DNA from: Microbotryum violaceum
Lineage: Eukaryota
Assembly: GCA_001244265.2 (NCBI GenBank)
Contig: CDLV01000010.1
Span: forward strand, 1,240,001-1,304,000
Length of the DNA: 64,000 nt
Reading direction: 5' to 3'
Part shown: positions 24,686-37,200 of the stretch, piece by piece
How positions within the stretch are numbered: the first letter of the stretch is position 1
Layout: each line of letters starts with the position of its first letter
Made by a program: the position numbers and the translations under genes
Notes under the pieces: generated by a model
What the model saw: only the letters and a program-made list of their open reading frames with translations
Databases searched by the model: none
What the model was told of the DNA's origin: nothing

Positions 24686-25532
24686 GTTGAGGAATAAGGT
24701 AGAATCGAGGTCGGTGAGGCGCTGGATGGAGGCAGGAGTGCGAGCAAGCGCGGCGTCATGGGTGTCGGACTTGCCTTCCTGTCTCGAGCGCCGTCGAGCG
24801 CCGTGGGCCGTGGCCCAGCTTGACCCCTCCGAAGCGAGGGCCTGCGACCTGCAAATGCCGATGACGACACAACGGAGCCCCGCGTCACGTGCCGTGAAAG
24901 TTTGGTAGTTCCGGTAATCGGCGGTCGATGATCAACCTCGCGCTAGGCCCCTCCTGAGATGTTGAACTTACAAAGGTAAGCACACAGGTGGTAGACCAAT
25001 TTTTGGTAGGTGCTGTGCTCCATCTGCCCGATTTCGCGGTAGTGCTCGTTCTACGACGAAATCCTGGTTGAGCTCGAGCAGGGAGGAGTCCGGCTGTTTC
25101 AGTTTATCGTCTGAGATGTTGCCTTCCTTCTCTGTCCACCAGACGGTGTAGAAGTGAGTGTGAATTATCTATGTTTTATTATACACGGTATAAGGCTCAG
25201 TACCCACAGGGCACCTACAGCAACTGGGCGTCGGCCGTCGATACCAACCACTGGCCAAACATACCGTGCGCCGCCTGACGCCTGGCCAGGCCTCTCGCCT
25301 CTCCGGCGATCGGACGGGATCGAGATTTCGTCGACGACTGGGAACGGAACGTTCCAGGCCCGGCGTTCTACACCACCTACAGACTACCTCTCGGTGCCAG
25401 CTCGACCGCACATCGCCGCACAAGAGCGTCTATCGTGAGCAGGAAGCCAAGCTGAACGTGTGAATGTGCCCTTGCTGACCAGCACTTGTGATGTTACACG
25501 CTCAGGAGGGCCGGCGCGCGGACTTCTCCGCC

Positions 25533-28500
25533 ATGGGGCTGCCGACCTCGCTCGCCTCGTTCCTGGGTTCGTATCCGCAACCGACCTGCGCCTTCCCGGC
25601 CACACCGCTGTACGATGCACTCATCACGCGTCAGATACTGGGATCCATGGCAGAACGCCAGTATGGAGCCGTCCAGAGTCCCATGTCGAACCAAGCGAGC
25701 CCGAATGCTGGCGCAACCGCGGGTGCGAATGACAGTGCGAGTACGAGTGCAGGCGCGAGCTCATCGACGAATCTGCCGACCGAACCAGCAGCGCATGCCA
25801 ACCAAGCGTCGTCTCAAGACGTTGCCAGCGACCCGTCTGGCTTCTCTTCCAGTCTGAGCGTACCTTCGAGGCCAGCGACACCCTCCAACCATGCTGGCGC
25901 GACCGCAAGCGACCGAGTACTCGCGTCGGCTTTTAGAGGATCCAATCGAGTGCTTAACCACGGTCATTCCGGTGGCTATGCCGGATCGACCACGTCCAGC
26001 GCAACTAGCGCATCTCGCACCGCATCCCGTTATCTTGAAGGGGGCAAGCAGCTGGCCCACGATCCGAGTCGGACAGCCGAGGGTGCCGTGGCCGCGATGC
26101 ATGAGCAGCACGAGCGGCAAGTAGCTCAGGACGAAGCTGCCGTGCGCGCCGGTGGCGTCCCGCAACGACGTACGATCCCATCTACGTTCGTCGAAGAGCC
26201 ATCGTTCGCGGCTTCGGATCAATGGGCTGCCAAGTGCAATGCGCAGACGACGCGTGATCGGGCCGACGAGGGCAAAGGGCTAGGGCTAGGCGAGTTGCTT
26301 ACACCAGAATGGTCGAACACGCGGTGGACGGAAATGATGGCGACGCAGGCGTCCCAAACTTCGAACAAGGATGAGGATACTCTGAACCTGCTGTCGATCC
26401 TAGGGAGACAGGATCTGCAGGGGCTGCTCGCCTTGCTCGTCGAGGTACTGTCGTTCTCACATGCCTCGACCTCTTCCTCAACCGACCACACTATCACGAT
26501 CTCGCCTCGGTTCCCTCCGCACTCTATTCACCACCGATCTCGAAAGACCCGCTCCAAGATGCAGTTCGACACCCGGCCCAAATTGTCACCGCCCTCCTCA
26601 AGAGAAGATGGCATCTCCCCCCTCCTGTCGAGCCTGCCAGGGCGAAAAGGCTCAATCACCAGTATCACGAGTTCAAGTGGCGGTGGTAATATCTACACGC
26701 TTGGGTCCGCAGCGTCCGGATCTTCCACCCACAACGATGGGGAGCCCATCCTGCACATTGTCGCAAACTACGTCCCCGAGCACGACGTCATCGTCTTCAC
26801 GACGCTGACCTCCAACATCTTTCGATCCGCGCCCGAGTCCACACCAGGGAGCTTTTTCTCAAGTGCAACGCCCGTCGCTCCGGCAGCGGAGACCACGAGT
26901 CCACCACCGCCCGATGCGCCGAAGCATCCGAGTCGACCACCTTTGCTCTCACGCGACACCACCGTCAGCTTCTTGTCTACAATATCGTCCACCACAACCG
27001 CACGACCCGGTCAAGGTTCGTCCAATGTGACACCTAGCAGTGCCTTTCCGACACCGTCGGCATTGGAGGACACTACGCCAGACTGCGTGTCTCCAATTAT
27101 AGCAAGCCCGCTCCCAAGCGATCGTCTGCCCGAGCCCCCTTTGGACGATCACAGCGCCTCGAAGAGCTCGCTGTACAACGACGCATCAGGTCAAGAACTG
27201 CTCGATCCACGCGTGCAGAACATCAACGCCCATATGTTCGTGTCAGAGACGAGATTGAAGCGAAAGCGGACCAGCACCGTCAAAAGAAGCTCTCGCGACA
27301 TTGGACTGTCGACGGACGATGTGGGGCCCGTTCACGAAGAGTCTCAGTCATCCGGCGTCTCGAGAGCGCAAACGAATTCGGATAGTGAACACCAGAGCAT
27401 CGCCCATCCGCATTATGAGCCCGATGGACCGCTGTTGATGCACGATGAGGATGAGTCCGACCGAGACCTTGACAGGCTGAGGGATCGAACTCGCACCGGA
27501 AGCGTGAACGACGACAACGGCGACGAAGGCGAACCGGAAGAAGAGCCGGAAGACCAAGCTCTGGAATTCGATTTCAGAACACCTCGTATCGAGGTCGGAG
27601 GTCTTCGCAAGTCGCCCCTCTCCCAATCTGCGGGTCTGGCCACATTCATTAGCGTCATCTCGCAAACGCCTTGTGGTCGATTGATCGCAGCCTATTCATG
27701 GGAGAAGACGACTATCGGAGCGCTAGGGAGCTGGAGCCAAGAGCTCAGAACCTTGGTAAATAGTGACCCCCGCAGCAGACACGATCTGGCGATCCAGCTG
27801 ACGCTTCACTTCCGTAACGTGCTCGGTGTCGTACATGCAGGTCATGCTTACGCTCTCGAGTCCATTTCGAGCCGCGTTGTGGTGGGGGGAGGACAGTGTT
27901 CTCATCTACAATGACGAGTATGCCCGGCTGCTTGGGTCAAGGCATCCGCGTCTACTCGGTCTTTCCGGAGCCGAAGGATGTGAGTGATCAGTATCGCGGA
28001 CTTGCGCAGTGGACGCATACTCACAACGACCCCTGGGTATTTTCATTCAGGGAGTGAAATTTGGGACACACTCGGCCCACTTGCGGCCAAGGTCATGCAG
28101 GGTGAGACGGTGGCATATTATGATCAGTGAGTTCCGGCAACACCTTGACGCGATCCCCAGCGATCCGCTCAAGTACTGACGGTCCCAATCTGCGACACGT
28201 GACGCCTTTAGCCATTTGCCAATGCTCCGGAATGGCACTCTTGAGGAAACGTACCACTGCTGGAGCTTCCTACCCATTCGTGACGTATCGGGCTCAGTCG
28301 TGGGGTACGAGAACACGTCGTTCGAGACGACAGCCCGCGTCATTGCGGAGCGTCGACTCGCAACTCTGAGAGATCTCACCCAAGTGACACAACTCGCCCG
28401 AGCAACGGAAGAATTTTGCGCCAAGACCTTGCAAGTCCTCGCGCTGAACGAGTACGACTTACCGTTCGCACTCATGTACACGGTCGACCAAGTCAACCCT

Positions 28501-31500
28501 ACCCATGGTCAACGCCTCGCTGGCTCGTCAACCGATGGGGCCCAATCAAGCCGTGGGAGTCGTAGCAAGAGCAACGGGACAGGAATCTCGTCGAGCCGGC
28601 AGCAAATCATACACCTCAAGCTGACATTACAAGGGACCATCGGCGTGCCAGATGGCCATAAGTCGGCGCCTCCAGAAGTCAACTTGCAGATCGATCCGAC
28701 ACAAGCCTCGACGCGGACCGAGTCCGAGTCGGAGGAGACCACCTCGACGGCTTCGCAATCGTCGATCAACAACACCGAGAGCAACTCGATTGAGAGCGGG
28801 ACAGACGTTTGGCCATTCCTGGATGCGTGCCAACGTCGCAAGCCCGTCTTCATCAACGACCTTGGTGGTCGAGCCACGGGTTTCGCGCAGCGGGGCTGGC
28901 CGACGCCGTTGAAGCACGCTGTGGTGATCCCGATCGTCACGCAAAGCGGTAATGACACTTCCAGCGCACCGAGAGCTGTGCTCGTCGTAAGCCTAATGTG
29001 CTCGAGGCTTTGCACGCTTCCTCTCTCGCATCGTACAACTGACGCGTTTGCCGTGCTACACCTTTACAGTTGGGGATCAATCCGCGACGACCTTGGAACG
29101 AGGTTTTCGCGACCTTCTTGAGCTTGCTTGCGCGCCACTTGTCGAACGGACTTCTTGCAGTATCGATGGCAGAGAACGATGCACAGCGGAACGAAGAGCT
29201 CGTGCAGCTGGACCGCGCCAAGACGACGTTCTTCAGCAGCGTCAGTCACGAGCTGAGGACGCCATTGACGCTTATTCTTGGTCCGCTCGAGGACGTTCTC
29301 TCGAACAAGAGCGGGCTAAGCCCCGAGGACAGGGAGCAACTACAAACTGTGCAGCGTCACTCCAATCGGCTGCTGAACATGGTCAATAGCCTGCTCGACT
29401 TTTCTCGCCTCGAAGGAGGTCGCATGGAAGTGTCGTTCCGACCCATGAACTTGGCAGCGGTCACGGCCGATCTCGCCTCGCTTTTCCGTTCCGCGATCGA
29501 GAGAGGTGGCGTGCAACTCATCGTCAACTGTCCGGCCGATCCCTTCAAAGAGGCTTCCCCCGTCTATCTTTCGGGCGAGCTGTACGAAAAGGTCATATTC
29601 AACCTGCTAGGCAACGCGTTCAAGTACACGCTCTCAGGCTCAATCGAGACTCGCGTCTCGTTCACGGCCCAGTCGGCCAAAGTCGAGATCATTGACACAG
29701 GCTGCGGCATCGCAGACACCGAGCTGGACCGCATCTTTGAGCGGTTTCACCGCGTCGAGGGAACCAGTCGCTCGCGCGAGGGGACCGGGATCGGCCTCGC
29801 ACTGACCCTCGAGCTCGTCAAAGCGCTCGGAGGCAACCTGTCCGTGGCGTCCAAGTTCGGCGAGGGATCCACTTTCACCGTTGTCTTCCCGCGAGGCTCT
29901 GCCCACCTGCCATCGTCGCAGATTCTCGAGAGCGGCGAAACGCTCACCTTGCCCCCTCGTGCACACGCCTCGTTGGCCATCATCGAGGAAGCGGCCAGTT
30001 GGAAGGTCGACTCGTCCATACCCGACAAGGATTTCGCTCCCAAGCCTAGCAGCACGAGCTCGACCCACAGCTCCGATGGGGACCTATTCAACGCCGTACC
30101 CATTGATGTCCTCAACCTAAAGGACTCGACTGTCCTGCTGTGCGATGACAATCAAGACCTCCGCCGCTACATCGCCTCTTTGTTGTCGAAGTCGTTCAAT
30201 GTAGTGCAAGTTGCGGACGGCCAAGAGGCACTCGAGTATGCGATCAAGAAGCCCCCCTCGCTGATTGTAACGGACGTGATGATGCCCCGGCTCGACGGCA
30301 ACGAGCTTCTCAAAGCTCTCCGCAACAATCCGACGACGGCGCTCATCCCTGTCATCTTTCTAAGCGCCCAGGCCGGTTCCGAGGCCCGGGTCCAGGCGTT
30401 ACTTTCAGGAGCCGATGATTACCTGAGCAAGCCGTTCCAGGGACGGGAGCTCCTCGCTCGATGCAACGTCCACCTGCAGATTGGTAAAATGCGCAACGAA
30501 CTTGAACGCCGCGTCGAGGAGCGCACTCGAGCTTTGGTCGAGAGCGAGATGCGGTACCGTGGTCTCGCGGATCGCTACTCGACACTGAGTTTGCTGTCCC
30601 CCGTCGGAATCTACCTGGTCAATGCCGCAGGGACGCTTAATTATGCCAATCCGAGGTGGTACGAGATATCAGGCTTTCCGCAGGACAAGCCCCTGGCCCA
30701 GTGGCGAGATTGCGTCCATCCTGACGACCTGCCAGCCTTGGAGAAAATTTGGGACGAGACGATCGTGCTCAAACCAAAGCACATGACCAAACACGAACTG
30801 GTCTCGCACGAATTCCGGTTCAAGGATCGAGAGAATTGGGTTCTGTGGGAGATGCGCTCCTTCAGCGAGTCGGGGCTGAGACGAGGCTTCGTCGGTAGCA
30901 TCACGGATATCACCGCCTCAAAGCGCTTGGAGAAGTTGCACCTGCGAGCCGTGGAGCAACGTGCCGCAGATGCTGAGGAGAACCGACGCAATACCGAGCT
31001 GTTCTTGGATCTGAGTTCGCATGAACTTCGCAATCCGCTGAGTGCGGTGTGGCAAAATGCCGAGGGTGAGGAGGTCGGCTGCGCGTGACGGCGTGAAGTA
31101 TCAGCTAGCTAATTCGTATTTGATCCGCCGGTCTCTACAGTCGTTTCGTCTTCGCTCGAAAAGTTCATTGAGCTCATCGACGAGCTGAAGGAAGGCGAAG
31201 TGCCGGAGCAGGATGTGTTGGAACAACTACACGATGAGATGCTCGAGAATGTGGAAGCCGTAGAGTCCATCATCCTCTGTGCCAATCACCAGCAGCGAAT
31301 CGCAAACGACATCCTCAATGTTTCAAAGCTCAACATGGGCCTGCTCACCATCAATCTGGCGCCCTTCGACGTCACGGCCAAGATGCATGAGGTCCTGAAG
31401 ATGTTCGAGGTAGAATGCGCGCAGAAGCAGATCAAACTGCGCGTCGAAAAAGGTCGCTCACTCACCGATCTCGGAGCCGAGTGGCTCATCGCCGATTCGG

Positions 31501-32809
31501 GGCGCATCTCTCAAATCTTAATCAACTTCCTCTCCAACTCGGTAAAGTTCACCACCGAGAACCGCACCCGCGTCATCACGATACACACCGAAGCCTACTC
31601 AACTCCGCCGCCGTGCCCGCCAAACGCGCTTCGAGTCGACACCGCTCAAGCGCAAAGTACGCCGAACAACCACGTCTGGCTAGTGGTTGGGGTTCGCGAC
31701 TCAGGCAAAGGCCTGGGGCCCGAAGACATGAAGAAGCTCTTTGCTCGCTTCGCTCAAGCCAATCCGAAATCAGGTAAAAGCCGGTTCCTACCCGGTTTAT
31801 CCTGGTGCTTCTGGGTTTGCTTACGAATGCTTCATCTCATCCCTACGACAGATCAATACGGTGGATCGGGGTTGGGCTTGTACGTATCCCGCAAGCTTGT
31901 CGAGCTACACCAAGGCTACATCGAGGTCGAAAGTGCAGTGGGGCAAGGCGCCGTGTTCCGCTTTGCTATCCCAGCCGAACGATCCGGACCCCCCGGCTTC
32001 GCCACAACGTCGCCAGCGACAAGCAGAATATCCGGTGCCAGCCCGCCCCTATCGACCATAGCAGAAATCGAGCTCCGCTCAAGCGTAAACTCAAAGAAGC
32101 TGGAGCAGCAGCAGCTGCTGCGGAAGCAACAGCCACCTCACGTACTCGTGGTCGAGGTGAGTTGGAGAATTGGACGCTCCGTTACGTTGCGGACTGGTCT
32201 GACAGTCCCGATATTGCGCGCGTCTTGTTCAGGATAATGTCATCAACTCTCGTGTGCTCACGCGTCAGCTCAAGCTTAACAACTTCCTGGTCACACCGGC
32301 TTTCAATGGTCAAGGTGAGCAGGAATCAGCGAAGTGGTCGCCTGTTGACACATCTGACCATGTCCTCCATCTCACGCTTGGCAGAGGCGCTCGATGCCAT
32401 CGAAAAGGACGGTGATTTTTCGGTCATTCTCATGGACATCGAGATGCCCGTGATGGATGGCCTGACCACCATTCGTGAAATACGAAGGCGGGAAGCGGCT
32501 GGTCAAACCAAGAAGCGATATGTAGGTTCATGCGGGACCTTCACCCTCTCTGAAAGCCGTTGCATTAGCTGATCCATTCCCTCGTTGCTGCTCCAGCCGG
32601 TCATTGCAGTGACCGGTAACGCTCGGTCCGAGCAAGTCAAAGTGATTCGCGAGTCCGGCTTCGATGATGTAAGCGCGTCATGCGCAACTGTATTGAAGAA
32701 TGCAAGCGATGCTGATGCGACCTTGATATGACTGCCGCAGGTTGCTCTCAAACCTTACAAAATGGCATCCGTCCTGGCCCAAATTCAAGTTCTAACCCAA
32801 AAGGAGTAG
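25533..32809 (+). CDS. Dual-module hybrid histidine kinase 1 (sensor region - HisKA - HATPase - REC - PAS - HisKA - HATPase - REC); multi-exon
   Basis: H-boxes SHELRTPL and SHELRNPL; N-boxes NLLGNAFKY and NFLSNSVKF; DTGCGI and GTGIGL, DSGKGL and GSGLGL; receiver motifs TDVMMP and MDIEMP; ends VALKPYKMASVLAQIQVLTQKE*. Start codon tentative. Confidence 0.92.
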
Positions 32810-33016
32810 AATGGCAAGTGACGCGTACTACTTCTCCGTGGTTTCATTCGATCACCCCTGTCATTTCTACCCTTGCAGGAGCCGCACTCCCCCCTCCCCC
32901 CTCTCCCCTTCCCTCCCCTTTTCGATGTCTGTAGCTCCGAATCTTACCTCTCCCTCTTGTCTGTATACATTATCGTACAAGGTGAATCGATGTGTGGATG
33001 ATAGGTTGTACATGAA

Positions 33017-33531
33017 ATTTGCAGATAGCTTGACCTATGGTCATGCATAGACGCTACCGGCGGCGCTTCGAACGGCGAGGTGGATGACTCGGAGACCTGG
33101 AGCTCTGCAAACCCATTGGCAGAGGTCGACAACGTCACTTGGTGCGGTTTGGCGGCACTGAGTGTAGGCAAATAGGTATTCACGCGATAGAAACAAAAGT
33201 GGAAGCCCCAAGGCAAAACGAAGGGTGACCACTAGTGCCTACATGCACTGAGGGCCTTTTTGGCCTGGTAATTCCAGGCGCGCGGCTGGAAAATACCAGG
33301 CGCCTGGAAATACCAGCGGCTTTGGTTATAACCCTCGTGAAGTAGTAATAACCGCGCGGCTGGGCATATATGGGTAAGAAAGGGCACGAAAGTTTCTATC
33401 GCGTGAGTACCTATTTGCCTACACTCAGTGCCGCCAAACCGCACCAAGTGACGTTGTCGACCTCCACCAGTAGGTTTGCAGAGAACAATAGTCTCGTCTA
33501 TACATGACCAAAGGTCAAACCATCTGCAAAT
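33017..33531. repeat. Inverted repeat (arms 33017-33194 and 33392-33531) downstream of HK1
   Basis: GGTCGACAACGTCACTTGGTGCGGTTTGGCGGCACTGAGTGTAGGCAAATAGGTA and its flanks recur as the reverse complement. The left arm has a ~40-nt insertion. Confidence 0.9.
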
Positions 33532-33917
33532 GTCGAGGGCTGGGCGCTGGGCCTCGGCCGCGTGTAGCCGCGCGCTTGCAGTGCTCGCGCTTATTGCGCT
33601 CATCAGCTGGAGCCTACAGATGGAGTATCCTCTTGCCGTTCGGCACAGGCCATTTTTCTAGTAGAAGATCAACAACATTTCTGCGTTTTGGATAATTGGA
33701 AGTACTTGCCACGCTACAGAGAACCACCCCAAAGTGGCCCTGAAATTTCGGAGGGCAACTGGGCCAGGCGGGCCGATAAGTCCTAAGCCCCTCCACAGAG
33801 TGAAGGGCTTAGTTGAGCTTAACGATCCGACATCCGGCGAGAAAATTCCAAGTCGAGGGCTGGGCCTCGGGCGCGCGTAGCCGCGCTTGCTCGCGCTTAT
33901 TGCGCTCATCAGCTGGA
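33532..33917. repeat. Direct repeat pair of ~65-80 bp (33532-33612 and 33852-33917)
   Basis: GTCGAGGGCTGGGC...TAGCCGCGC...TGCTCGCGCTTATTGCGCTCATCAGCTGGA occurs twice. Confidence 0.85.
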
Positions 33918-34255
33918 AGTCGATCGTCGCCAACGATCACTGTACATCACCCTACACGCGCAGTGCGCACACCAATCAGCGTCTCACGAGCTCCTAACTA
34001 CCCGCCTTGGCACGTTGATCTCCTCGGGAGGGGTTTGCTTCAATCAAGGGGGCTTCTCACTTAACCGTTCGCGATAGGTCCGACCGGCTTTGAAGTCTGC
34101 TGTCGTCTCGCTTGCGCGGGGGAAGGACGTCACTGAGGCCTGAGGGTAAGCGTGCAAGCCAGCCCATCTCGCCGTCGCGATAGCTAGTCGCCAAAGCGAG
34201 CCCGGTCGCCGCATCCATCACAACCTTGTCGTCAGGAGTCGAACCAGAACCTGTT

Positions 34256-37200
34256 ATGGCGACCGAACGCGATCAAGCCTCAGGACCGAGCATGGGCACC
34301 CGACGACGCGTGGCAGGGCCGGCTCAGCCAACATTGCGGCCTGTGGTGGTGCCACCAGCGCTCACTCCTCTGATGGAGTACTGGATCGCGAGCGCGAGCC
34401 CGACGCTGGTCGTGTCGGTCGAGTCCGTACGGCGCTCGGTCGAGCTCCGCGGATCGGGTTCGCCGAATCGCGTGTCGAGATGGCTCAGCAACACTGCCAA
34501 CCTGGCAGGGGCTCACCCGAGCACGTCCAACACCCCGCCCGGGCTTTCACCGGGCGAAGTCCTCATCGCTCCGACGTCACCAATCGGAACCCAATCTCAG
34601 TCCGGAGGTGCGCCGACGCCGGCAACTTCACAAGCTTGCAACACCCCAGCCGCTACCACCGCACCAAAGCCTAGCAATGTGCGGTCAATGTCGACCCATG
34701 CCGCACCCATGACCACGGTGGGCTACGAAAGGGACGCCGGAGCAGAGTCTTCAGCGCACTTGACTCAAGCGTTGGACTCAAGCCATATTCCACAGGACGG
34801 GCCGGTACACCCTCTTTCGACGCCGTCCACGGAACTGACCGGCTCGCTGGAGAAGCTTGTCGTGACGCCATCAATAATCGAGCCTTCATCGCAAACCGCC
34901 CCTGGCGGAGCATCGGGAGACTACTTCACCCTCGTCGGCCCGAATCGTGGAGCGCTCGTCTCGGCTGGAGCTCGCCAGAGCGACGCAAGCTCGCCCGGTG
35001 GCTCGACACTTCCCTCAGCCTCCTCGTCATCGAAACTTTCGCCCACGTCTCCCGTCTACGATGTCAATGTCGACTGGTTCAACGACTCGTTTGCAAAGTG
35101 GATCGAGGTCCCGTCATCGAATGCAGCACCGATCAGATTGCGACAGAACTCGCGCATGAGTAAAGCCTCGAGGAAGATGAGTAGCGGTCGACTGCAGGCT
35201 GAGTTTGCCGATTCGAGTGGTGACTACGGAATGGGTCCAAGCGATGCGGATGTTAAAGCGCGGACATCGGGATACCGCGCTTTGGGATCATCCGGGAGCG
35301 CGCTGCGCAAGGTAACAACATTGCGCGAACTGCTGGGGCCCCTGGTGTCGGCGGACGATCGAGAGCACGTTCTCCATCTCATACTTGACCTCGTCGAGGA
35401 TGCCGATCTGGCTGAAGCATCGGGAACACAAGGGATCCCCTCGACATCAGCCTATCTAGCAAGTGGGCCCTTCACGGCCACGATTGTCGGTGAGCATGTC
35501 GTGCTCGTCGCACCGCCGCAAATTTTCCACGTGCCGAAAAACAAACGACTCGCGACGCCGCATTTCAACTCGTACCAGACAGTGACGGCACATACCAGTT
35601 TGGATCCTGTCGCCTCCCCTTTCGCAAACACGGCTGGGAATCAGTACCTGCGTTTGCTCGGACAGACCAGCATGGGCCGCATGATCAGAGATTTTGACTG
35701 GTCGTCGACGTCCATCGGACCGATATCCTCGTGGCCGCCAGAACTGAAGACGACGCTTTCTAATGTGCTGGCCTCGCCTTTCCGCGAATGTATACTCTAC
35801 GGCCCCGAATTCATCATGCTTTATAACGACGAATACGTCACGACTGCGCAAAACAAGCACCCGGCACTGCTGGGTCAGCCGGCCGCGATCGGATGGGCCG
35901 AATTGTGGGAGGGACTGGACAAGGTCGCAGAACAGGTCAGGGAAGGGGAAACGGTTTTTGTAACAGATCATTTTTTCGGAATGTTCCGAAATGGAGTGAT
36001 GGAGGAAACATGTGAGTTCCCTGCCCCAGAGCCGAGAGTAACGCACATAAGAGGGAGGACTAACACGGACATGATGCATCTATCCAGATCACACGTTCAG
36101 TTATAGCCCCTTCTATGACACCGATGGCAATGTGCTGGGTATTCGTAACTTCTCTGTCGAGTGCGTGTATGCAAGCCCAAAGTGCGGCAGAGTTTCTGAT
36201 GAGCGCTAACATCTGGTCTGGTCTGTTCTTTCCGCCTCGAACAGAACGACAGCAACCGTCATCGCTGCCAGACGACTCAGCACTGTGCGCGATCTCATCC
36301 AAATGAGCAGCTTGGCAAGAACAGTCAACGATTTCACCGATTCGGCGCTCGCTAGCCTGGCCCTCAATCCCTACGACTTGCCCTTCGTGCTGCTATATAC
36401 CGTCACTCTTGAAGTTGCGGGTGTCTCGGCAAAGGAGTTGGTCCGAGCTGGCGCCGAGGACAAGAAATCTCACAATCGGCACCGAATCAAGTTGTCGGGC
36501 AGCTTGGGCGTCCCAGAGGACCACGTGTTCCGAGTCGACGAGATCGTGGTCGATCTCACTCCACCCACGTCTCGCCTTTCGTCTGCATCGGGATCCCATT
36601 CGAATACGGGCTCGGGGTCGGGATCAGGCTCAAGTAATTTGACGACCATGGATACGGATGGGCCGCGGTCGCGATGGAGCTGGCCTTTCGAAGACGCTTG
36701 CTTGCGACGCGAGCCCGTCTTCGTCGAGCGGTTGGGTGAGCTGGCGAACCATCTTGAAAAACGAGGCTGGGATGATCCGCCTCGCCACGCGGTGGTTATT
36801 CCCATTACCGTCGAATCGACCTCGAACGCTCCACAAGCCGTGCTCGTCCTTGGGGTAAGCGCAAGGTCAATATACGACGATTTGTATTCCACATTCTTCA
36901 GTTTGGTCGCTCGACACATTGCCATTGGCCTGTACGCTGTGCTGACAGCGGAGATCGATGCGAAACGCTCCGAGGATCTTGTCAAACTCGATCGCGCCAA
37001 GACAAACTTTTTTTCGAGCGTCAGTCACGAGCTGAGGACGCCCCTGACTTTAATCTTGGGGCCGCTGGATGACTTGCTGGCCAACAAGAAGGAGATCCCG
37101 GCGGCTACCACGGAGAAACTGCAAATGATGTCTCGCCATGCGAACCGTCTGCTGACGATGGTCAACAAGCTGCTCGACTTTTCCTCGCTCGAAGGAGGGC

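Noticed and set aside
29238..29263. 26-nt identity between the first H-boxes of HK1 and HK2 (37017-37042) as gene conversion
   Set aside because: Lies in the most conserved protein motif and is too short to separate from constraint plus chance.
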